A stretch of 64,000 nt of DNA from an uncultured Bacteroidales bacterium (GCA_900318245.1 ONJT01000004.1:6940-70939), one strand, 5' to 3'. Counted from the first letter of the stretch, positions 38,747-46,636 are shown. Numbers and translations are program-made. The notes: a model not told the origin generated them from the sequence alone.

Positions 38747-39142
38747 TTACGCTCCAGCTAACGCTGCGTCGTACGCATCGCCGCAAACCTTCCAGAGGTA
38801 AGCTTTCATGGTCTTTTTGCCAGTCGGGGTGTCCTTCTGCGCGAGGAAGTTGGAGATGTCCGTCGCTTGCTGCATCAGGTCCTTGCTGCGCGCTTTGACA
38901 GCTGCTGCTACCGAAGAGAAGCGAGCACGTGCTGCGAGCTCTTTCGCCTGCGGCACCGTCGAGCGAGCGTAAGCGTCGGAACGCTTAGCATACAGACGCT
39001 GGCAGGCATCGCTGGTGGAAGCCGCTTGACGGTGGGTCGCAACGAGGTAGTTACCGCACTTGTGACCATCTTTCTTTTTCGGCTTCATCAGGGCTCCGGA
39101 GATCGTTTCGATACCCGCGGGGCCTACTACTACTTTTGCCAT
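38747..39142 (-). CDS. hypothetical protein
   Basis: 131 aa, Ala/Lys-rich, no family recognised. Coding-like composition and followed by a strong terminator. Confidence 0.55.
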   Translation of the reverse strand: MAKVVVGPAGIETISGALMKPKKKDGHKCGNYLVATHRQAASTSDACQRLYAKRSDAYARSTVPQAKELAARARFSSVAAAVKARSKDLMQQATDISNFLAQKDTPTGKKTMKAYLWKVCGDAYDAALAGA

Positions 39143-39229
39143 AACTTTGTGTTTTTCATGGTGTTAGACATTACCGGAAAACGTCCGGTGCGTTCACAGA
39201 TTCTTCGTTCAACCTATCTGTGTTTCAGG

Positions 39230-39415
39230 TTATTTCTTGACACCTTGGTACTCTTCTACCGTCTTGGTAGAGATGGTGGTCGTGGTTTTGCTTTGCGCGG
39301 AGTCGTTCTGCTGTACGTAAGTTGCGGAAGTGGTGATAGTCCGCCATGCTTTGCAACTACTCACGCCGACCACGACGCTAAGCAGGATCAATGACATCAA
39401 TAAAAATTTCTTCAT
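39230..39415 (-). CDS. small Thr-rich lipoprotein (o-spanin-like position)
   Basis: MKKFLLMSLILLSVVVGVSSC lipobox. The start overlaps the 3' end of the upstream gene by 38 nt. Confidence 0.55.
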   Translation of the reverse strand: MKKFLLMSLILLSVVVGVSSCKAWRTITTSATYVQQNDSAQSKTTTTISTKTVEEYQGVKK

Positions 39416-39755
39416 CTTCTTCAAACATTTCTTTGCGTTCTTCAACGCGGTTAAACATTACGTCTAAATATGCCATGCCGGCAATATCGGTGAGGATACA
39501 TCCTTGCGAATGTTCGGGCTTGGTGCCTTTATGGATGCGGATGCCTTCGCGGTCGGGAACTTCATCGACGAGCGGTAGATTCTTCTTGAACTTCGGCGAC
39601 CAGGTTCGCTTGAGCGGGTACCTTCCCGCAGGGATGAGGTAGTCCGCGTTCTCGAGCGTCGGAGCGCTATGCGTCTGTTCCTCGAAGGGAAAGGTCATTA
39701 TGCCCGTCACTGCTTTGCCCGTCGGGCGATTTCGTTGGAGGGTTAGTGTTATCAT
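39378..39755 (-). CDS. DUF5675 / YkuD-like (L,D-transpeptidase-fold) protein
   Basis: IRIHKGTKPEHSQGCILT matches the H-x-G...S-x-GC[IV] active-site pattern of the YkuD fold. 125 aa. Confidence 0.55.
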   Translation of the reverse strand: MITLTLQRNRPTGKAVTGIMTFPFEEQTHSAPTLENADYLIPAGRYPLKRTWSPKFKKNLPLVDEVPDREGIRIHKGTKPEHSQGCILTDIAGMAYLDVMFNRVEERKEMFEEDEEIFIDVIDPA

Positions 39756-39900
39756 GGTTATTACGATATTTATGCTTGTACGTATAGTCGATTCCGAACA
39801 GCGCTCCGGCGAAAGTGGCGACCTCGCCGAAACCGATGAGGAGCGATTCGTGGATCTGCCCTTGCGGCTCGATGAAGACCCCGCAGTAAAGCATGATCAT
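39667..39900 (-). CDS. small hydrophobic protein (holin-like position)
   Basis: MIMLYCGVFIEPQGQIHESLLIGFGEVATFAGALFGI... The TACTTTTG -7 box at 39962-39969 excludes the longer ORF-track start. The 3' end overlaps the next gene by 89 nt. Confidence 0.3.
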   Translation of the reverse strand: MIMLYCGVFIEPQGQIHESLLIGFGEVATFAGALFGIDYTYKHKYRNNHDNTNPPTKSPDGQSSDGHNDLSLRGTDA

Positions 39901-40031
39901 TCCTCCAATCGAGAGGACGGCTGCCGTAAGCAATTGTATGTCGAGTTTCTGTTTCACGGTGCAAAAGTACACCTTCTTTTTGACCTGCGCAAGAAAATCC
40001 CCGACTTCTTCAAAGATAGCCGGGGACTTTC

Positions 40032-40253
40032 TCAAACTTGCGCTAAAAGGGGTAGCGGAATAGGGAATCGGAGATCGTATCCGCAGAACTGACTGAAGGC
40101 GATGACGTCCTGTTCCGAGAGGGTCTTTTTCGTTCGTAGGTCTTCGCGGTGCGCTTTTTTGCAGAAGTACCGGAAGAACCACGGGAAGTCGAGCGTGAGG
40201 TCGTGACCTACTGCGGTACTAAGCCGCTTGCAAAGGATATTCTTGGGTGTCAT
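40032..40253 (-). CDS. hypothetical small protein
   Basis: MTPKNILCKRLSTAVG... Its ATG overlaps the stop of the upstream 50-aa ORF (ATGA). Followed by a hairpin plus T-run. Confidence 0.45.
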   Translation of the reverse strand: MTPKNILCKRLSTAVGHDLTLDFPWFFRYFCKKAHREDLRTKKTLSEQDVIAFSQFCGYDLRFPIPLPLLAQV

Positions 40254-40402
40254 AAGCTCCACCCTTTCTTGGCTTTTGCAGTCATAAAACACACGTACTC
40301 GCCTTTACTGTTTTTGCGACGGGTTAATACTATTCCCATCTTGGCTGCTTGACGATGGGCCTCCGTCCATTGTTCGTTTTCTTTGTCTCTTTTCTTTTTC
40401 AT
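40250..40402 (-). CDS. unlisted 50-aa basic ORF
   Basis: Hand translation: MKKKRDKENEQWTEAHRQAAKMGIVLTRRKNSKGEYVCFMTAKAKKGWSL*. Below the ORF-track length cutoff. Translationally coupled to the next ORF. Confidence 0.4.
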   Translation of the reverse strand: MKKKRDKENEQWTEAHRQAAKMGIVLTRRKNSKGEYVCFMTAKAKKGWSL

Positions 40403-40607
40403 AATGGCCTTTTTTTCAGTATTTTACAATGATGTTCTCGGGGTTATCTCGAGGTCTTCTCGAGATCAATTCGAGGATAACACCTGTTTGTTTGTTGTTT
40501 GTGCGGGATATTATCCCGCGTTTTTTAGCGTTTATGCGCCGCTCATCTATGTGCGGCTTTTCTTTTCGTTTATTAGCCCGGCATCGCATGCCGGTTTACG
40601 TCGTTTA

Positions 40608-40925
40608 TTATCCGGCTTTCACATAGATAGTTCTTTGTCGGTCTTTTAGGAACTTCCGCACCCATCCGTCTTGGTTCGCCTGTGTCCCGTACTTCCGGTA
40701 ATACTCATCCGCCGAGATCACCTGCACTTTGGGAATGTTGTCCTGAATAGCCTTTACGGGGTCGTAGTGGACAAACTTTCCGGCCTGCAACTTGCTACGT
40801 ATAGTTTCGTAGATTTGTTGCTGTTGCCGCGCTGTAAATGTTTCCCAAAGGCGCAGACATTCTGCTGTTTTTCCGGGCACTATCGGGCGGGTGTTAAGCA
40901 TTCCTATGAGTTGCTCAAAAAACAT
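40608..40925 (-). CDS. hypothetical protein
   Basis: 105 aa, no family recognised. Confidence 0.5.
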   Translation of the reverse strand: MFFEQLIGMLNTRPIVPGKTAECLRLWETFTARQQQQIYETIRSKLQAGKFVHYDPVKAIQDNIPKVQVISADEYYRKYGTQANQDGWVRKFLKDRQRTIYVKAG

Positions 40926-41025
40926 AAAATCTTAAAAATAGTTGTTGTTGTTCAAACACGCTGCATAGTATAATGTTCAAGAAACAACAACTTTTCTTTA
41001 TTCTTTTGGTTCTTTTCTGTTTTCT

Positions 41026-41412
41026 TTAGTCGATGACTTTGACCGTCAGTTTGATCTCGTCGGGCTCTTTGTCCGGGTAGAGCTGTTTGAAGGTCTCGAC
41101 GTAACCGGCCATGACCGCGGTGCGGGCTTTGACGCAGTTCTGTTCCGTGACTTTCTCGCGGGCATTCTCGCGCCATTTAACCGCTTGCTCTTGCGGGTAT
41201 TTGTGGTAATCGGCGAAGTTAAAGATGTCGGTGCGCTGGAGTTGGAACGTGCCGACGTTAGGGATTTGGAACTCGCCGCGGTCGAGGCCTTGTTCGGCAA
41301 GGACGGCAACGGCTTCTTGAGTGGCGGCGTCAATGATGGCGTCTATCTGAGCCTTGATGGCTTTCTCTTGATTGCGCAGGGAGCGCAGGGTTTCTAAATT
41401 GTTAGTTAGCAT
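41026..41412 (-). CDS. hypothetical protein with an N-terminal coiled coil
   Basis: 128 aa. 7-nt overlap with the upstream HNH gene. Confidence 0.5.
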   Translation of the reverse strand: MLTNNLETLRSLRNQEKAIKAQIDAIIDAATQEAVAVLAEQGLDRGEFQIPNVGTFQLQRTDIFNFADYHKYPQEQAVKWRENAREKVTEQNCVKARTAVMAGYVETFKQLYPDKEPDEIKLTVKVID

Positions 41413-42044
41413 AATGATAAAAAATTTGGGGAATATAAAATGATTTTTAAATCTGCTTGAGTAAGACGGTCATAGCGAGACTTGTTAGTGGCCTTGACTA
41501 TTGCCATGCGGTCGAAATAGCGCAAGAGGTAGGGGCGCCGGATTTCGGGGGGATTGATACCTTGGTTGCGCAGTTTAGTAAGGAAGCCCCCGTCGCGGCT
41601 GTTGATGGCATTGGAGATACAGCGGAGATTGGGAACAAAGTTGTTGGTGGTACATCCGTCGATATGGTCGATAGTCATACTGGCAGGGATCTCCGTGTTG
41701 CGCCAAGCCATATAGACGGCATGGGAAGCAAGGATATGTTTACCGCGACCGAAAGCATCCTTGAATTGCAGATACTCAGCATTGCCATGCGCGTAGGATT
41801 TTCCGCACTTTACCGGAGTTGCGTTCTTCAACACTTTCCGTCCGTCGGGATAGACGCTCACGCCTATTACGCCACCTTGACCGTTGTTGGCATAGAACGA
41901 GATGTTATTCTCGGGGTTCGTGCCGACATAGGCGACCCGCACGTTGTTAAAGAGGAAGGACGAGCCCACCAGATCCGGCTTTCGGATGATTTCAAACCTG
42001 CGTTTTCGCAGGCCTTTTTGATTAGAAATTTTATTCATAAGCAC
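41406..42044 (-). CDS. HNH endonuclease
   Basis: MTIDHIDGCTTNNFVPNLRCISNAINSRD is an HNH_3-type H-N-N motif. Confidence 0.7.
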   Translation of the reverse strand: MLMNKISNQKGLRKRRFEIIRKPDLVGSSFLFNNVRVAYVGTNPENNISFYANNGQGGVIGVSVYPDGRKVLKNATPVKCGKSYAHGNAEYLQFKDAFGRGKHILASHAVYMAWRNTEIPASMTIDHIDGCTTNNFVPNLRCISNAINSRDGGFLTKLRNQGINPPEIRRPYLLRYFDRMAIVKATNKSRYDRLTQADLKIILYSPNFLSLC

Positions 42045-42097
42045 CGCCAGTCGGAGGGATGTTTATTCCGAAAGGCGATGCAAAAGTAGAGGTAATT

Positions 42098-42167
42098 TTG
42101 TGCTATTTGTGGCACATTTTGTGCTATAATTGTGCTACAAATATGCTACTTGTGCTAAAAGTGTGCT
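42098..42167. repeat. seven TGTGCTA boxes at about 11-bp phasing
   Basis: Boxes start at 42098, 42107 (TGTGGCA), 42119, 42130, 42141 (TATGCTA), 42150 and 42161. Confidence 0.9.
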
Positions 42168-42183
42168 ATTCGTAAAAAGGTAT

Positions 42184-42209
42184 AAAAAAAACGACCGAAA
42201 TGGTCGTTT
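42184..42209 (-). terminator. rho-independent terminator of 42208..42588
   Basis: Minus strand ACGACC-AUUUC-GGUCGU followed by U8. Confidence 0.7.
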
Positions 42210-42588
42210 ATTCTTTTCTATGGCGGTTAAGATTTGAGCCTAAAGAGTGCTCATCTACGAACCAGCCGAACTCTTTGGTAAGGCGATCACATAAGTCTCG
42301 CAAAGACCGTTCTTGGACGAAAGTTTTGAACTCGGCATCGAAACGACTTCGCTCCTTAATATACTTACGTACTTGGGTGTATTTGTTTTTCTGCGGTATG
42401 GCGAGAATAGGCTCAGAATCGATTTCCTCAGCGGTTTCATAGCGGTCGTGCTGTTCCGGCAGCTCGTCAGTCTCTAACTGCCGCAATATATCAGCTACGC
42501 TATTGTCTTTGGCATTGATGTGGTACTCTTTGCTATTATCGTGATAAGTACCGATGTTAACTACTCCTCCATGAATTTTCAAACTCAT
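42208..42588 (-). CDS. hypothetical protein
   Basis: Start trimmed to MSLKIHGGVVNIGTYHDNSKEYHI.... It has its own TAATTTTG box at 42763-42770. C-terminal basic helical region. Confidence 0.5.
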   Translation of the reverse strand: MSLKIHGGVVNIGTYHDNSKEYHINAKDNSVADILRQLETDELPEQHDRYETAEEIDSEPILAIPQKNKYTQVRKYIKERSRFDAEFKTFVQERSLRDLCDRLTKEFGWFVDEHSLGSNLNRHRKE

Positions 42589-42624
42589 ATGCTTTTCATT
42601 AAAAAGCACGGAATAGGTGGGATA

Positions 42625-42729
42625 ATAGACAAAGTCTGCGAAACCGTGGTAATATCCCACCTATCCATGCACATGGATATATGGGACATATTTCTCCTTA
42701 CCACTTTAAAGTTTCGCAGACTTGTCTAT
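42625..42729 (-). promoter_or_regulatory. 105-nt imperfect palindrome in the 5' leader of 42208..42588
   Basis: ATAGACAAAGTCTGCGAAAC (42625-42644) pairs with GTTTCGCAGACTTGTCTAT (42711-42729). Inner helices are GTGGTAA/TTACCAC and TATCCATG/CATGGATA. Confidence 0.75.
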
Positions 42730-42801
42730 AAAGGAATATGTCGATTCAATCAAATTCGGGTGCAAAATTACTGCTTTTATTCGATATATGCAAATTTTGC
42801 G

Positions 42802-43986
42802 TTATTTTTCTACATTGTAGGTCTTACTATTGTCGTTGTAAGTGTCGATGTGAACGGTGAGGTGAGCGGACTGCTGGGCTTCCATTGCTTGTCGCATTTT
42901 AATCACCTCTTTTTTAACCTCCATTAACTCATCCACCACCTCATTGGGCTTGCTTGGCTCGATATTTCTTGAGAATGGCAGGGACTTTATGTAGTTCTCC
43001 ATGAATTTCCAATCGGGTTCACCGGAGGGGGTTGCTGGGAGTTTGATCTTTGAATTTCTTAATTTTATCTGACTACATTTTCTACCATAACTATATCGAT
43101 ATTGCTCTTTATTAATCAATGTAACTAAGAAAATAGCAATATATCTATTCATTTCAAAAAGCGGAGTTAATACCTCAACATGGTCAGATGCAGAGAAGTC
43201 ATTCTCCTGATAAGAGCAAAAACCAAGCACGGCTGAGTCTACTGTTAGAACTCCACCTTTTTCTGTACAATAATTATAATATCCCTCTACACCATTATTT
43301 ACAGCCTGAGTTGTTACGTAAGGGTATTTGCCCTTTCCGTATGTCTCCAATTCTTCAATAGGTGTAGTTTTAGAACCCGATATCATGAAAAGATCTGTAT
43401 AATTAAACCATTTCCAATCTTGTGTATTGAGTTTTATTTTCTCTTGCAGTTGGGGTTTGGTGTCGTATTTTTGTAGCCAAACTCTTTGTGCTTTCTTGGG
43501 GAGTTGTGGGATGATTTGGTCTTTGACAAAATCTTCCATGTATTTCCAATCGGGGGTTCCTTCAGGAGTTACAGGGAGTTTGATTTTAAATTCACTAATT
43601 CTATCACAACAATTACGTCCATATGAAAATCTATATTGTTCTTTATTGATTAGCACGCATATGTATAATAAAGTTTCAATCTTTGCTTCAAACTTAGCGA
43701 CTAGAGCCTTAACCCTCGTTCCTACATAAAAATCATGCGTTTGAACAGAAGCGTAAAAATTTCCTCTATCAGCTAGAGAAATGGTTTTTGTGTAGTCATA
43801 CAGTTTATGTGTAGCCAAATATTGAGTAGTTGTCGTCACTCCATTATTTTCAGCCTTATGACCAATAACTGGATATTCCCCAGGAGAAAGTTCAGAATAT
43901 ATGAGATCTTTTCCTGTATCAATAGAAAATAATTGGTCTAAATAAAACCATTTCCATGTATTAGTATCCATGTTATTCATTCTCAT
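42802..43986 (-). CDS. restriction-modification specificity subunit (HsdS/BcgIB-like, two TRDs)
   Basis: Duplicated conserved regions KIKLPVTPEGTPDWKYMEDFVK and KIKLPATPSGEPDWKFMENYIK, and WKWF at the start of each half. Confidence 0.85.
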   Translation of the reverse strand: MRMNNMDTNTWKWFYLDQLFSIDTGKDLIYSELSPGEYPVIGHKAENNGVTTTTQYLATHKLYDYTKTISLADRGNFYASVQTHDFYVGTRVKALVAKFEAKIETLLYICVLINKEQYRFSYGRNCCDRISEFKIKLPVTPEGTPDWKYMEDFVKDQIIPQLPKKAQRVWLQKYDTKPQLQEKIKLNTQDWKWFNYTDLFMISGSKTTPIEELETYGKGKYPYVTTQAVNNGVEGYYNYCTEKGGVLTVDSAVLGFCSYQENDFSASDHVEVLTPLFEMNRYIAIFLVTLINKEQYRYSYGRKCSQIKLRNSKIKLPATPSGEPDWKFMENYIKSLPFSRNIEPSKPNEVVDELMEVKKEVIKMRQAMEAQQSAHLTVHIDTYNDNSKTYNVEK

Positions 43987-45721
43987 TAAGAATTAAGTAC
44001 GCAGCATAATCCTGTAATTTGGCTATAAAATCAGCGTCAGAAAGTGTGCTATAGTCCGTTTCCATGTAAGCCTCGGCGCACCACTCATCTTCGGCAGTTA
44101 CGTGTTTAACGACCGATAATCCTACTTTCGATATTTTATGCGTATATAGATATAACCATTCCTTTTCTATCTCATCCCATTTATTTTTGACATCAACACG
44201 ACCAACACCTTTGCGTTTTTCAAAACCGTCATTCTTGAAATAGCCAAAGAAAGTTTCTTTGTCATCGCTATGAGGACGACCCAAATCAAAAACCATACAA
44301 CAAGCGACAGCACTTGCACCAGGGTAGAACATCTCCGCTGGGAGTGAGAATACGGCATCCAAGGTGTGTTTGTCTAACAACTTCTCCTTAATATCGGCAA
44401 TAACTCCGCTAAGTCCAATGGCACTAGACATCGGAAGCAATGTAACTAATTTACCCTTCCCAACGCAATCAGCGATATATTGTACAAAATATAGGCCTTT
44501 CGACGGGTCTGTGGATGTCTTTCCCCATGTTTTCGCAAATGTCTGAGGTACTTGATCTTTTGAGGCATTGTATGGAGGATTCATAAGCACGACATCTACA
44601 CGAGCTGTATTTTTTATCCAATCCTCTTCATCAAAACAAGATGAGCATTTGATGTTTGTGTTACCATCGCCATGTATCAACATATTTGTTGTAGCGAGGC
44701 CAAATACATTTTGGTCTGCTTCTATACCATATATCTGGTGTGCTTTAACGCCTTTGCGCTCAGCATCTGTCTCACATTGATTTAGAGCCATGGTCATTGC
44801 TTGTACCAAGAATGTACCAGAGCCACAAGTTGGATCAAGAATCCGTGTCGTTTTGCAAATATCTGCCACTTTGCACATAAAATGCGCTATATGGTTTGGA
44901 GTAAAGGCCTGATTCTTATCGTCTTTATTCACATACTTATTAAACGTAGTGAAGAAATAACTCAATATATCATGTCCTTCACTTGTAGCCGCATTGATAT
45001 ACGGCATTATATTCTCTTTTATATAATCCAGTAATTTGCAAAAGTTTTGTGGGACAAGTTTTTTAACTTTATGATCCTCCAATACTTTTGTTTGGAGGAT
45101 AGCAAGTTTTGTGGCTTTATCCATGCTTTTATCTAACAAGACACCCAATTTTTCCTTTATGCCTTCCAGAATTTGACCTGTTGACATATCATCTTGATAT
45201 GTAAGTCCATTTTTTAGAGCCAAGAGGCAAGTCCCCACAAACTGGCTGCGTAATGACTCTGAGATACCATTATCATGTAGTTTTTTATTGAGTGTAGAGG
45301 TGTTTTCGAGCACAGTAGACATGTCGTTTTTGTTCTGCGGTTTGAAATACTCTGCGTACTCGGCTATGGTTTTGAGTTTTTTATCACTCAAAAGTTCGGC
45401 TGCTTTATCTTTTGCGATTTGCCACACTTGGATTTTATCGTTCGAGGTATTTGCCAAGATAGCGATAATGTTATCGGCAATATTGTATTCTTTCTCAAGA
45501 GTAACGTATGCAAATAGTTGCGCCTTATCTTCTTCCTTAAAGCGTTGCTTAGTTTCTATCAGTACCGCAGTCTTTGTTTCTTCATCAAAAAACCGGATAT
45601 CCAATTTGTAGTGGCCAGAGAGAGAACGGCCCAGTACTTGAGCATAACTAAACTCGCCGTTTTCAATATTGGATGTGAGGAAGTCAAGCCCCACAGTTTG
45701 AATCATTTTTATTCGTTCCAT
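43973..45721 (-). CDS. gamma-class N6-adenine DNA methyltransferase with an N-terminal PD-(D/E)xK-like domain (BcgIA-like candidate)
   Basis: Motif I ILDPTCGSGTFLV and motif IV VLMNPPYNASK. The N-terminal about 110 aa contain D...VLIETKQ. Confidence 0.8.
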   Translation of the reverse strand: MERIKMIQTVGLDFLTSNIENGEFSYAQVLGRSLSGHYKLDIRFFDEETKTAVLIETKQRFKEEDKAQLFAYVTLEKEYNIADNIIAILANTSNDKIQVWQIAKDKAAELLSDKKLKTIAEYAEYFKPQNKNDMSTVLENTSTLNKKLHDNGISESLRSQFVGTCLLALKNGLTYQDDMSTGQILEGIKEKLGVLLDKSMDKATKLAILQTKVLEDHKVKKLVPQNFCKLLDYIKENIMPYINAATSEGHDILSYFFTTFNKYVNKDDKNQAFTPNHIAHFMCKVADICKTTRILDPTCGSGTFLVQAMTMALNQCETDAERKGVKAHQIYGIEADQNVFGLATTNMLIHGDGNTNIKCSSCFDEEDWIKNTARVDVVLMNPPYNASKDQVPQTFAKTWGKTSTDPSKGLYFVQYIADCVGKGKLVTLLPMSSAIGLSGVIADIKEKLLDKHTLDAVFSLPAEMFYPGASAVACCMVFDLGRPHSDDKETFFGYFKNDGFEKRKGVGRVDVKNKWDEIEKEWLYLYTHKISKVGLSVVKHVTAEDEWCAEAYMETDYSTLSDADFIAKLQDYAAYLILNENE

Positions 45722-45732
45722 AAAATTATCGC

Positions 45733-46623
45733 TTACTCGTTGCTACCTAAAAATGCAATGTTCTTAAGAGGAAGAAGGTTCTTATCCTCATCCGTCATCT
45801 TTGCGTAATACTTTTGCCACATCGTGATAAACTCGTCGCCATCAATGAGTTTGACGTACTCTTTGCTAGTGCTTGCTTCTTGTTTTGCCGGAGGTGTAAA
45901 CGTCCCCGACGTAACAAACAAACCAATGTCTCCGTCACGCAGGATGCCCACCAGACTGCGTATTTCTTTTGCCCCAATTGGGGTGTCCGGGTAGTGCTTA
46001 ACTTGCACCTTTATACGTGGAGTCTGCGCACCGAGCGGATCTACATACGCCAATACATCAACACCACCATCCTTTCCTTTTGGAGCAACGAAGGGAGTAT
46101 GATAGTCCATAGCACGAAGGAGTGCAGCTACGAGATCTTGGAACTCGTAGGGGTTCTTTTTGCGGATATAATCACGGATTCCATTAAGAGCGCGCTCCTC
46201 TAATTCCTCTAAGTCAATGATAGTAGCCTTTGCATCTTCTAATTCCTCCCCATCATCACCAGAGGCATCTTTTGCATGCTCTTTTTTCCAAGTCCGATAT
46301 GCAGTCTGTGCTATTTCTTGAATCTCTTCGGGAGACTTAGAAAGAATTTTTTCTCCCTCAGGGGTCAGATACCAAATACTATTCTTCTTGATAAGGAATC
46401 CCGCAAGGACATAGTCCACAGATGAGAAATGATAGATGTTCTGCCAACGGACACCTCCTTTGGAGGTAGTTTCCATTTCGTAGTCAGAAAACTCAACCTC
46501 ATTTCCTACTTGTTCCATCAATTGACCGGAACGCATGCTACCCCCATTTTTCTTGAGGATAGAGAGGGCGGCATACATACTCTTTGCCGCAGTTAAGAAA
46601 GTCTTAGAATATTCTTTTGTCAT
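45733..46623 (-). CDS. Mrr-like restriction endonuclease (Mrr_N winged helix + Mrr_cat)
   Basis: N-terminal wHTH (AALSILKKNGGSMRSGQLMEQV). C-terminal nuclease core GKDGGVDVLAY...IKVQVKH...GLFVTSGTF. Start trimmed to MTKEYSK. Confidence 0.8.
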   Translation of the reverse strand: MTKEYSKTFLTAAKSMYAALSILKKNGGSMRSGQLMEQVGNEVEFSDYEMETTSKGGVRWQNIYHFSSVDYVLAGFLIKKNSIWYLTPEGEKILSKSPEEIQEIAQTAYRTWKKEHAKDASGDDGEELEDAKATIIDLEELEERALNGIRDYIRKKNPYEFQDLVAALLRAMDYHTPFVAPKGKDGGVDVLAYVDPLGAQTPRIKVQVKHYPDTPIGAKEIRSLVGILRDGDIGLFVTSGTFTPPAKQEASTSKEYVKLIDGDEFITMWQKYYAKMTDEDKNLLPLKNIAFLGSNE

Positions 46624-46636
46624 ATCTCGTGGTATT

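Noticed and set aside
39901-40182. Long N-terminal extension of the 39667..40182 ORF
   Set aside because: The extension reads through a terminator hairpin (about 39990-40030) and the TACTTTTG promoter box. The CDS was trimmed to the ATG at 39900.
40383-40649. 88-aa plus-strand ORF (and 40429..40626)
   Set aside because: Phe/Ser-rich translation of the hairpin/T-run region. It has no promoter box and lies opposite the operon direction of the islet.
42625-42729. Invertible promoter (fim-like switch) flanked by the 19/20-nt inverted repeats
   Set aside because: The -7 box (42763-42770) lies outside the repeats, only about 66 bp lie between them, and no site-specific recombinase is nearby. An RNA leader structure is the simpler reading.
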